From: the human T2T-CHM13v2.0 reference genome, Homo sapiens
Length of the DNA: 64,000 nucleotides
NCBI RefSeq assembly: GCF_009914755.1
Contig: NC_060939.1
Direction: 5' to 3' (one strand)
A model generated the notes under the pieces. That model saw only the letters and a program-made list of their open reading frames with translations, did not search any database and was not told the DNA's origin. Positions within the stretch are counted from its first letter, which is position 1; every line of letters starts with the position of its first letter. The translations under genes were made by a program, and so were the position numbers. This document shows positions 31,624 to 54,318 of the stretch, one piece after another.

Positions 31624-32400
31624 AGGCATGATATAGAGAAAAGTCCAAAAAATGTTTTCTTTTTCTGTTTTTTTTTTTTTGAGACAGAGTCTCGCTCTGT
31701 CTCCCAGGTTGGAGTGCAATGGCGTGATCTTGGCTCACTGCAACCTTGGCTCACTTCAATCGCACTTCAAGCGGTTTTCCTGCCTCAGCCTCCCAATTAG
31801 GTGGGATTACAGGCATGTGCCACCATGCCCGGGTAATTTTTTTTGTATTTTTAGTAGAGACAGGGTTTCTCCACGTTGGCCAGTCTGGTCTCAAACTCCT
31901 GACCTCAGGTGATCTGCCAGCCTCATCCTCCCATGGTGCTGGGATTACAGGCATGATCCACCACACCCAGCCTAAAAATGTCAATAATTAGAAGCCAGTT
32001 CTGTATCAAGTGACATGGAAAATATCAATATTTTATTACATTAAGATAAGCAAATTCAATGAATATACATATAAAATAATCCCAATTTTGTGGAACCTTC
32101 CCTTCCCCCTACTAAACTCTGAGTTATGTACTGACTGAGCCACCTCCTGCCTGTCATGGCCTGGCTTCCGGGGATAGATGGTGGAACCCACCTCCCCCAC
32201 TCACACTTGCAGAATGTTGGATGAGCAGAGGGGCAGTCCCACCTCAGGTTTTGCTGTCAGTGGTCATTAGATAAATAGATTTTTGGCTAATTTGACATAT
32301 GATAAATTGTCTTTTAGCAAACTCATTTGTGGCAAGTTGATCCACAGTTAAAACAATAATAGTAATGATGATAAGAAATCATGAAATAAAAGCAGTCACA

Positions 32401-33673
32401 GCTTTTTCCTTTCAGAAGTCCCCTCTCTCTCACTAGAGAGAGCTGTTTTCCTTTCTCTTTCTTTTGCCTCTTAAACTTCCGCTCCTAAACTCCTTGTGTG
32501 TGTGTCTGTCTCCTACATTTTCCTGGCATGAGACGACAAACCCTGGGTATTTACCCCAGTCAACATAGCCACTTCTTACTGAGGACCTCATCCAGGATAC
32601 CAAAGTACAGCATTCATCGAAATGAGTCAAGGAAACTTACAAGCTTTTGCCTACATTTTAGACTAACCCTGCTTATTCCTATGAATCAAGTGATGATCTG
32701 CAACTTGAAGAAACAAAAAGGGATGGCAACATCTGGTGGAGGCAAACCACTGTTACGACCCATTGGAATGGCTGACACCAATCAAACTCCAAATGGTGCT
32801 GCAGACAGAACCACACATGGACATGCCTTTCTTCCGAGGACCCTTAGATCAACCCCAGGAGGAGCCTTAGCTGCTGTTACCCACACAACACCCCTTTTCA
32901 GCATGAAGTAGCCAGAAAGAGTCATCGTCCACCACCCCCTAAAAGCAGTTAGGGACACCATCCTGGCCAACATGGTGAAACCCGGTCTCTACTAAAAATA
33001 CAAAAAAATTAGCTGGGCGTGGTGGCACGTGCCTGTAGTCCCAGCTACTCAGGAAGCTGAGGCAGAAGAATCACTTGAACCCGGGAGGTGGAGGTTGCAG
33101 TGAGCCGAAGATTGCACCATTGCACTCCAGCCTGGCGACAGAGCGAGACTCCCTCAAAAAAAAAAAAGCAGTTAGGGTTACCACTCCAGAGGGGGGAATG
33201 ATACAGGAGTTAAGAAATTAATTAGGGTACAGAAGTTTTTCTTTTAATGAAAAGCAGCCCCAAATTATTTTCCTTTCTAACAAAGAGCAGCCTGCAAAAT
33301 TGAGCTGCAGACACAGATGCCTGCAGTTGAGCCAATCATGTTCAAGATGGCAGCTCCATCTTCCCTTTTCTTTGTCAGCCACTTTTACAGTAAGGGGCAG
33401 ACAAGATGGCGCTGGCCAAGGGGAAAGTTCATTTGCATAATAAGATTAGGGTGGGATGGCCAGCCTTCCCCTCACCTCTGTAAATGTCATACCTGATGGA
33501 ACCAATCTGTGAGCCCTACATAAATCAGACACTGCCTCCTAAAGCCTGAGTATAAAATCCAGGGCACCGGCTGCCGGCTGGCCTTTTCCTCAGAAGTTCC
33601 CTCTCTGTCACTACAGAGACAGCTGTTTTCCTTTCTCTTTCTTTTGCCTATTAAGCCTCCACTCCTAAACTCA
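32401..33673 (+). mobile_element. ERV1-class (tRNA-Pro PBS, HUERS-P/MER61-like) processed copy: R-U5, PBS, short internal part with env tail, PPT, U3-R; contains an Alu at 32955-33163
   Basis: R region duplicated at 32401-32490 and about 33580-33672; PBS-like TGAGGACCTCATCCAGGAT 32580-32598; env C-terminus IKLQMVLQTEPHMDMPFFRGPLDQP 32781-32870; PPT AGAGGGGGGAA 33188-33198; 17-bp TSD at 32384-32400 and 33674-33690. Confidence 0.85.
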
Positions 33674-35067
33674 AAACAAAAACAGTCACAAGCCCACCAA
33701 GTTCTGTTTACTCCTGTGGACATACCTGGTCCTTCTGTGTCTATGATGGATCTGTGGACACATCTCTCACCATTTTGTGCTGTTTATTTTGTTTTAAACT
33801 TCTGATTCTTTACCAAATAATTCTTCCTGGTTTCCTCACAGTTGTTTTAGGGGAAGAGTTCAGAAAGATCCAAACCACCAGAGAATAGAGAGCACCTGAT
33901 TGGAAGCAGGTCTAACAGTGTCAGGGGGCAGCCAGAAAGGACCCCACACTAACTGGTCAGAGGCAAGTGTCAGCTCCACAAGCTGGAAAGTGGGAAGCTA
34001 TGGCTGAGAAGCATTTGTCAAAAGGGAAAAAGAATATTTGGAGGAGAATGTTGATTTTTTAATAGTGCTGCACGGAATCCAAGGCAAGATAGAAAATATC
34101 CAGGTTAGAATTCTGCAGTTTTAAGTAGGAACTGAGATGAAGAGCGAAGTACTATACCTACAAGGGAAAACATCCCTAAAGGAAGCTGTGCCAGTAATTT
34201 AGTAACTGGGTATAATCTTCCCCAGGGAAAATTCTGGGTCTGTCCTACTACTCCCACACAATTAAGAGATTTTGGCTTCAACATTTACCTAATCCATTTC
34301 TGCATTCAAGCTGACAGGTGATGCTACCTCTGATTCCTTTTATGCTTTTAATAGGCTTATAATTAAGGATGAATAATACATTTAAAATTATGGTTATTAC
34401 TGGGAGAGGATTTGGGAGAAATTAGGATTTTTATATTTCTGTACTACTTGATTTTTTTTACATCAAGCTTATATAATTTTCCCAGTAAAAACAAATTTGG
34501 CATCTGATAGACTGCAATGGTTACACACAAGCCTGTGGGACAGGTTCTCTGCCTACTGGATACTTTAATTCCCAACTTTTGTCTTTCCTTTCATTCTCCC
34601 CCAAATAAAGATAATAGTACTCGCCTCATATGGATCCTGGGAGATTTTTTTTCCCCCTCCAAGGTATGGTGTCTGACTTGGTAACTGCCAATTAAAAAAA
34701 AAATCTCCCTCTTTGTGTTCTATTTTTTTGGGGGCCTGTTGCCCATTATGTAACAGCTCTCAAATCTGAAAAGTCAGTCAGGCTGAACATCTTAGGTAGC
34801 TGCTCATAAATTAATTATTGGGCTGATTTTAATTACAGATTGGAATCTCCTGGTGGGCAGGGTCTGGCGTCTTCTGCTTTTAATTCCTTAGAAGTACTTA
34901 CATTTGCCGCAAAGCCTGCACTTAACCAAAATTTGCTGAATTTAATAGAATTAACACATAAGATTGAGGATTTTGAGTTCCAAAACAGATTTAACCAAGA
35001 GGTACTTTGGAGCAGGTAGCAATCTTCAAACTCCTTAAATTATACCATTTAACAATGGTTTTAACTA

Positions 35068-35306
35068 TCTCCTCCTCCTCCTTCTCATCCTCCTGTTTCT
35101 TCTCCTCCTCCTCCCTCTTCCTCTTCCCCTTCCTCCTCCTCCTTCTCCTCCTCCTTTCTTTTTCTTCTCCTCTTCCTCCTTCTTCCTTTTCCTCTTCCTC
35201 CTCCCTTTTCTTGTTTCTTCTTCTTGCTCCTGCTCATTCTTCTTCCTTCTTCTTCTTTCTTCTTCCTCCTTCTTTTCCCTCCTTCTTCTTCCTTCTTCTC
35301 CTTTTT
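35068..35306. repeat. About 240-bp pyrimidine tract of (TCC)n/(TTC)n
   Basis: Almost purely C/T on + strand; abuts the 3' end of the Y3 copy. Confidence 0.95.
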
Positions 35307-35400
35307 GACCAATCAAGTGAAGCAGTGGAAGTGGAGAAGGAACAAAGAAATCTGTGACTGTGATGAATTAGTTGTAAACACCACTGTACTTGAACCAACC
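35307..35400 (-). pseudogene. Y3 RNA (RNY3-derived) retropseudogene
   Basis: Reverse complement GGTTGGTTCAAGTACAGTGGTGTTTACAACTAATTCATCACAGTCACAGATTTCTTTGTTCCTTCTCCACTTCCACTGCTTCACTTGATTGGTC matches human Y3 RNA nearly end to end. Confidence 0.93.
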
Positions 35401-36069
35401 TTAATTTTCTTCTTTATAGTTTTTAGTATGTTCCAATTTTCCATCATGTGCATATATTACTTTTATAAACAGAAAAAAGTAAATGTCAGTTAAAAAAATA
35501 ATATTACACATCTTGTTGCTGGCTCCTGTGTATCTAGTTCCCCTCACCTTCTCATTTGCTTCATATCTTGGTGCTGGTTGCTCTGTAGCTACATCCCCCT
35601 CACCTTCTCATTTGCTTCTATTCTTGCCCTGGTCTCCAAAGCCTCCCAATTACTTCTTATGGATCCCTTCTCGGAAAGTGCCAAGAGTTATTTTCTAGCG
35701 GAAAGATTGAGGCCTTTGGAATCCACTAGACCAAGATTTGAATCCCAGCTCAGTGAAATCATGGGAAGTATCTTACCTCTCTGCATCTCGGTCTCCTTAT
35801 CTGTAAAGGAAATAACACCTACCTTCTAGGTTGTTGTGTAGTTTGGGTCAGCAGCTTTCCCACTTTTTTTTTATTATTATTTTAAAAAATTGAGATGGGG
35901 CTCTTGCTATGTTGCCCAGGCTGGTCACGAACTCATGGGCTCAAGTGATCCTTCTGCTTCAGCCTCCTAAGTAGCTGGGACTACAGGTGCATACCACCAT
36001 GCCTGGCTTGGTCATTTTGTTTAATTTTTTTATTTTTATTTTCTGTCTTTAAATTTTTTTAATTTTAAT

Positions 36070-46300
<10,231 letters not shown>

Positions 46301-46309
46301 AGCTATGTC

Positions 46310-47280
<971 letters not shown>

Positions 47281-49335
47281 AAAATTTTAAGAGGGTTATA
47301 TAGGGGAAAAAAAGGCCGCTATTAATCTGTTAATTGCACTACTGGGAGATAAAGCTATTAAACTGTCATATTTGTGGCTGGGCGTGGTAACACATGCTTG
47401 TGATCCTAGCACTTTAGGAGGCTGGGGAAGGAGGATCACTTGAGACCAGGAGTTCGAGACCAGCCTGGGCAACACAGCAAGACTCTGTCTCCACAAAAAT
47501 ATTAAAAATTAAAAAAAAAAGAAATTGTCATGTTTGTAGACTTCCCAAATTTGCCATCCTAGGCAAACAGTGCTCTTGTTTTTAAACAAATAGTTGTATA
47601 CATAATTTTCCCCCTCACTATTCAAAACATGTCATAAATGGTAAGTCCAAGAAAAATACAGGTATTCCCCCCCAAAGAAAACTGTAAAATCGACTTTTTT
47701 CTATCTGTACTGTTTTTTATTGGTTTTTAAATTGGTTTTCCAAGTGAGTAAATCAGAATCTATCTGTAATGGATTTTAAATTTAGTGTTTCTCTGTGATG
47801 TAGTAAACAAGAAACTAGAGGCAAAAATAGCCCTGTCCCTTGCTAAACTTCTAAGGCACTTTTCTAGTACAACTCAACACTAACATTTCAGGCCTTTAGT
47901 GCCTTATATGAGTTTTTAAAAGGGGGAAAAGGGAGGGAGCAAGAGTGTCTTAACTCATACATTTAGGCATAACAATTATTCTCATATTTTAGTTATTGAG
48001 AGGGCTGGTAGAAAAACTAGGTAAATAATATTAATAATTATAGCGCTTATTAAACACTACAGAACACTTACTATGTACCAGGCATTGTGGGAGGCTCTCT
48101 CTTGTGCATTATCTCATTTCATTAGGTCCATGGAGAGTATTGCATTTTCTTAGTTTAGGCATGGCCTCCACAATAAAGATTATCAAAAGCCTAAAAATAT
48201 GTAAAAGAAACCTAGAAGTTATTTGTTGTGCTCCTTGGGGAAGCTAGGCAAATCCTTTCAACTGAAAACCATGGTGACTTCCAAGATCTCTGCCCCTCCC
48301 CATCGCCATGGTCCACTTCCTCTTCTCACTGTTCCTCTTAGAAAAGATCTGTGGACTCCACCACCACGAAATGGCGGCACCTTATTTATGGTCACTTTAG
48401 AGGGTAGGTTTTCTTAATGGGTCTGCCTGTCATGTTTAACGTCCTTGGCTGGGTCCAAGGCAGATGCAGTCCAAACTCTCACTAAAATTGCCGAGCCCTT
48501 TGTCTTCCAGTGTCTAAAATATTAATGTCAATGGAATCAGGCCAGAGTTTGAATTCTAGTCTCTTAGCCTTTGTTTCCCCTGTCCATAAAATGAATGGGG
48601 GTAATTCTTTCCTCCTACAGTTTATTTATATATTCACTAATTCATTCATTCATCCATCCATTCGTTCATTCGGTTTACTGAGTACCTACTATGTGCCAGC
48701 CCCTGTTCTAGGGTGGAAACTAAGAGAATGATGTACCTAGAGGGCGCTGGAAGCTCTAAAGCCCTAGCAGTTACTGCTTTTACTATTAGTGGTCGTTTTT
48801 TTCTCCCCCCCGCCCCCCGACAAATCAACAGAACAAAGAAAATTACCTAAACAGCAAGGACATAGGGAGGAACTTCTTGGCACAGAACTTTCCAAACACT
48901 TTTTCCTGAAGGGATACAAGAAGCAAGAAAGGTACTCTTTCACTAGGACCTTCTCTGAGCTGTCCTCAGGATGCTTTTGGGACTATTTTTCTTACCCAGA
49001 GAATGGAGAAACCCTGCAGGGAATTCCCAAGCTGTAGTTATAAACAGAAGTTCTCCTTCTGCTAGGTAGCATTCAAAGATCTTAATCTTCTGGGTTTCCG
49101 TTTTCTCGAATGAAAAATGCAGGTCCGAGCAGTTAACTGGCGGGGGCACCATTAGCAAGTCACTTAGCATCTCTGGGGCCAGTCTGCAAAGCGAGGGGGC
49201 AGCCTTAATGTGCCTCCAGCCTGAAGTCCTAGAATGAGCGCCCGGTGTCCCAAGCTGGGGCGCGCACCCCAGATCGGAGGGCGCCGATGTACAGACAGCA
49301 AACTCACCCAGTCTAGTGCATGCCTTCTTAAACAT

Positions 49336-49470
49336 CACGAGACTCTAAGAAAAGGAAACTGAAAACGGGAAAGTCCCTCTCTCTAACCTGGCACTGCGTC
49401 GCTGGCTTGGAGACAGGTGACGGTCCCTGCGGGCCTTGTCCTGATTGGCTGGGCACGCGTTTAATATAAG
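49336..49470 (+). promoter_or_regulatory. B2M proximal promoter: E-box, Ets/ISRE, NF-kB site, S-X-Y module, TATA
   Basis: CACGAG 49336-49341; GGAAACTGAAAAC 49354-49366; GGGAAAGTCCC 49367-49377; X1/X2-like CTTGGAGACAGGTGACG about 49406-49422; Y box CTGATTGG 49441-49448; TATAAG 49465-49470. Confidence 0.9.
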
Positions 49471-49522
49471 TGGAGGCGTCGCGCTGGCGGGCATTCCTGA
49501 AGCTGACAGCATTCGGGCCGAG

Positions 49523-49589
49523 ATGTCTCGCTCCGTGGCCTTAGCTGTGCTCGCGCTACTCTCTCTTTCTGGCCTGGAGGCTATCCAGC
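49523..49589 (+). CDS. B2M: Beta-2-microglobulin exon 1 (signal peptide MSRSVALAVLALLSLSGLEA + IQ)
   Basis: Exact B2M leader; donor C|GTGAGT at 49590. Confidence 0.99.
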
Positions 49590-52500
49590 GTGAGTCTCTC
49601 CTACCCTCCCGCTCTGGTCCTTCCTCTCCCGCTCTGCACCCTCTGTGGCCCTCGCTGTGCTCTCTCGCTCCGTGACTTCCCTTCTCCAAGTTCTCCTTGG
49701 TGGCCCGCCGTGGGGCTAGTCCAGGGCTGGATCTCGGGGAAGCGGCGGGGTGGCCTGGGAGTGGGGAAGGGGGTGCGCACCCGGGACGCGCGCTACTTGC
49801 CCCTTTCGGCGGGGAGCAGGGGAGACCTTTGGCCTACGGCGACGGGAGGGTCGGGACAAAGTTTAGGGCGTCGATAAGCGTCAGAGCGCCGAGGTTGGGG
49901 GAGGGTTTCTCTTCCGCTCTTTCGCGGGGCCTCTGGCTCCCCCAGCGCAGCTGGAGTGGGGGACGGGTAGGCTCGTCCCAAAGGCGCGGCGCTGAGGTTT
50001 GTGAACGCGTGGAGGGGCGCTTGGGGTCTGGGGGAGGCGTCGCCCGGGTAAGCCTGTCTGCTGCGGCTCTGCTTCCCTTAGACTGGAGAGCTGTGGACTT
50101 CGTCTAGGCGCCCGCTAAGTTCGCATGTCCTAGCACCTCTGGGTCTATGTGGGGCCACACCGTGGGGAGGAAACAGCACGCGACGTTTGTAGAATGCTTG
50201 GCTGTGATACAAAGCGGTTTCGAATAATTAACTTATTTGTTCCCATCACATGTCACTTTTAAAAAATTATAAGAACTACCCGTTATTGACATCTTTCTGT
50301 GTGCCAAGGACTTTATGTGCTTTGCGTCATTTAATTTTGAAAACAGTTATCTTCCGCCATAGATAACTACTATGGTTATCTTCTGCCTCTCACAGATGAA
50401 GAAACTAAGGCACCGAGATTTTAAGAAACTTAATTACACAGGGGATAAATGGCAGCAATCGAGATTGAAGTCAAGCCTAACCAGGGCTTTTGCGGGAGCG
50501 CATGCCTTTTGGCTGTAATTCGTGCATTTTTTTTTAAGAAAAACGCCTGCCTTCTGCGTGAGATTCTCCAGAGCAAACTGGGCGGCATGGGCCCTGTGGT
50601 CTTTTCGTACAGAGGGCTTCCTCTTTGGCTCTTTGCCTGGTTGTTTCCAAGATGTACTGTGCCTCTTACTTTCGGTTTTGAAAACATGAGGGGGTTGGGC
50701 GTGGTAGCTTACGCCTGTAATCCCAGCACTTAGGGAGGCCGAGGCGGGAGGATGGCTTGAGGTCCGTAGTTGAGACCAGCCTGGCCAACATGGTGAAGCC
50801 TGGTCTCTACAAAAAATAATAACAAAAATTAGCCGGGTGTGGTGGCTCGTGCCTGTGGTCCCAGCTGCTCCGGTGGCTGAGGCGGGAGGATCTCTTGAGC
50901 TTAGGCTTTTGAGCTATCATGGCGCCAGTGCACTCCAGCGTGGGCAACAGAGCGAGACCCTGTCTCTCAAAAAAGAAAAAAAAAAAAAAAGAAAGAGAAA
51001 AGAAAAGAAAGAAAGAAGTGAAGGTTTGTCAGTCAGGGGAGTTGTAAAACCATTAATAAAGATAATCCAAGATGGTTACCAAGACTGTTGAGGACGCCAG
51101 AGATCTTGAGCACTTTCTAAGTACCTGGCAATACACTAAGCGCGCTCACCTTTTCCTCTGGCAAAACATGATCGAAAGCAGAATGTTTTGATCATGAGAA
51201 AATTGCATTTAATTTGAATACAATTTATTTACAACATAAAGGATAATGTATATATCACCACCATTACTGGTATTTGCTGGTTATGTTAGATGTCATTTTA
51301 AAAAATAACAATCTGATATTTAAAAAAAAATCTTATTTTGAAAATTTCCAAAGTAATACATGCCATGCATAGACCATTTCTGGAAGATACCACAAGAAAC
51401 ATGTAATGATGATTGCCTCTGAAGGTCTATTTTCCTCCTCTGACCTGTGTGTGGGTTTTGTTTTTGTTTTACTGTGGGCATAAATTAATTTTTCAGTTAA
51501 GTTTTGGAAGCTTAAATAACTCTCCAAAAGTCATAAAGCCAGTAACTGGTTGAGCCCAAATTCAAACCCAGCCTGTCTGATACTTGTCCTCTTCTTAGAA
51601 AAGATTACAGTGATGCTCTCACAAAATCTTGCCGCCTTCCCTCAAACAGAGAGTTCCAGGCAGGATGAATCTGTGCTCTGATCCCTGAGGCATTTAATAT
51701 GTTCTTATTATTAGAAGCTCAGATGCAAAGAGCTCTCTTAGCTTTTAATGTTATGAAAAAAATCAGGTCTTCATTAGATTCCCCAATCCACCTCTTGATG
51801 GGGCTAGTAGCCTTTCCTTAATGATAGGGTGTTTCTAGAGAGATATATCTGGTCAAGGTGGCCTGGTACTCCTCCTTCTCCCCACAGCCTCCCAGACAAG
51901 GAGGAGTAGCTGCCTTTTAGTGATCATGTACCCTGAATATAAGTGTATTTAAAAGAATTTTATACACATATATTTAGTGTCAATCTGTATATTTAGTAGC
52001 ACTAACACTTCTCTTCATTTTCAATGAAAAATATAGAGTTTATAATATTTTCTTCCCACTTCCCCATGGATGGTCTAGTCATGCCTCTCATTTTGGAAAG
52101 TACTGTTTCTGAAACATTAGGCAATATATTCCCAACCTGGCTAGTTTACAGCAATCACCTGTGGATGCTAATTAAAACGCAAATCCCACTGTCACATGCA
52201 TTACTCCATTTGATCATAATGGAAAGTATGTTCTGTCCCATTTGCCATAGTCCTCACCTATCCCTGTTGTATTTTATCGGGTCCAACTCAACCATTTAAG
52301 GTATTTGCCAGCTCTTGTATGCATTTAGGTTTTGTTTCTTTGTTTTTTAGCTCATGAAATTAGGTACAAAGTCAGAGAGGGGTCTGGCATATAAAACCTC
52401 AGCAGAAATAAAGAGGTTTTGTTGTTTGGTAAGAACATACCTTGGGTTGGTTGGGCACGGTGGCTCGTGCCTGTAATCCCAACACTTTGGGAGGCCAAGG

Positions 52501-53373
52501 CAGGCTGATCACTTGAAGTTGGGAGTTCAAGACCAGCCTGGCCAACATGGTGAAATCCCGTCTCTACTGAAAATACAAAAATTAACCAGGCATGGTGGTG
52601 TGTGCCTGTAGTCCCAGGAATCACTTGAACCCAGGAGGCGGAGGTTGCAGTGAGCTGAGATCTCACCACTGCACACTGCACTCCAGCCTGGGCAATGGAA
52701 TGAGATTCCATCCCAAAAAATAAAAAAATAAAAAAATAAAGAACATACCTTGGGTTGATCCACTTAGGAACCTCAGATAATAACATCTGCCACGTATAGA
52801 GCAATTGCTATGTCCCAGGCACTCTACTAGACACTTCATACAGTTTAGAAAATCAGATGGGTGTAGATCAAGGCAGGAGCAGGAACCAAAAAGAAAGGCA
52901 TAAACATAAGAAAAAAAATGGAAGGGGTGGAAACAGAGTACAATAACATGAGTAATTTGATGGGGGCTATTATGAACTGAGAAATGAACTTTGAAAAGTA
53001 TCTTGGGGCCAAATCATGTAGACTCTTGAGTGATGTGTTAAGGAATGCTATGAGTGCTGAGAGGGCATCAGAAGTCCTTGAGAGCCTCCAGAGAAAGGCT
53101 CTTAAAAATGCAGCGCAATCTCCAGTGACAGAAGATACTGCTAGAAATCTGCTAGAAAAAAAACAAAAAAGGCATGTATAGAGGAATTATGAGGGAAAGA
53201 TACCAAGTCACGGTTTATTCTTCAAAATGGAGGTGGCTTGTTGGGAAGGTGGAAGCTCATTTGGCCAGAGTGGAAATGGAATTGGGAGAAATCGATGACC
53301 AAATGTAAACACTTGGTGCCTGATATAGCTTGACACCAAGTTAGCCCCAAGTGAAATACCCTGGCAATATTAA

Positions 53374-53697
<324 letters not shown>

Positions 53698-54304
53698 TAA
53701 GCTGCTGAAAGTTGTGTATGAGTAGTCATATCATAAAGCTGCTTTGATATAAAAAAGGTCTATGGCCATACTACCCTGAATGAGTCCCATCCCATCTGAT
53801 ATAAACAATCTGCATATTGGGATTGTCAGGGAATGTTCTTAAAGATCAGATTAGTGGCACCTGCTGAGATACTGATGCACAGCATGGTTTCTGAACCAGT
53901 AGTTTCCCTGCAGTTGAGCAGGGAGCAGCAGCAGCACTTGCACAAATACATATACACTCTTAACACTTCTTACCTACTGGCTTCCTCTAGCTTTTGTGGC
54001 AGCTTCAGGTATATTTAGCACTGAACGAACATCTCAAGAAGGTATAGGCCTTTGTTTGTAAGTCCTGCTGTCCTAGCATCCTATAATCCTGGACTTCTCC
54101 AGTACTTTCTGGCTGGATTGGTATCTGAGGCTAGTAGGAAGGGCTTGTTCCTGCTGGGTAGCTCTAAACAATGTATTCATGGGTAGGAACAGCAGCCTAT
54201 TCTGCCAGCCTTATTTCTAACCATTTTAGACATTTGTTAGTACATGGTATTTTAAAAGTAAAACTTAATGTCTTCCTTTTTTTTCTCCACTGTCTTTTTC
54301 ATAG

Positions 54305-54318
54305 ATCGAGACATGTAA
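54305..54318 (+). CDS. B2M: Beta-2-microglobulin exon 3 coding part (DRDM*); exon ends at 54332
   Basis: ATAG|AT CGA GAC ATG TAA GCAGCATCATGGAG|GTAAGT; total CDS 360 nt = 119 aa + stop. Confidence 0.98.

Larger units (their letters stand above)
30691..34390 (+). pseudogene. Candidate highly decayed nonclassical MHC class I heavy-chain (ZAG/HFE-like) pseudogene: leader, alpha1, partial alpha2, alpha3
   Basis: Colinear frameshifted motifs: leader WRPLLLLLFLF/TLATAG|gt (30691-30764); alpha1 GH/SLT...GFL/QLF...RKIQT..[W>*]R..DWKQV*Q.Q.AARKD (33756-33942); alpha2 KWEA...FVKREKEYLEE/C...QGK...|gt (33988-34103); alpha3 VPVI/VT...K[C>F]WV/LSYYSHTIKRFWLQ...GDAT (34186-34328). By-eye alignment only. 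Confidence 0.6.
49200..50230. promoter_or_regulatory. CpG island over the B2M promoter, exon 1 and 5' intron 1
   Basis: High CpG/GC content. Confidence 0.85.

Noticed and set aside
32190-32275. PTHTCRMLDEQRGSPTSGFAVSGH, a faint resemblance to the start of MICA/MICB alpha1
   Set aside because: Short, spacing off by about 3 residues, no suitable acceptor upstream, and a better-supported alpha1 lies at 33756-33942; likely chance, but worth including in the homology search
35007-35493. ORFs rich in S/F/L or E/K/R
   Set aside because: Translations of the (TCC/TTC)n tract
35540-35618. 23-bp direct repeat CCCCTCACCTTCTCATTTGCTTC with a 33-bp spacer (CRISPR-like geometry)
   Set aside because: Only two copies, eukaryotic DNA and no cas genes; simple local tandem duplication
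34690-35700. Hydrophobic frames that could be a transmembrane exon for the class I-like fossil
   Set aside because: T-rich DNA gives hydrophobic peptides by default; no convincing splice sites or motif
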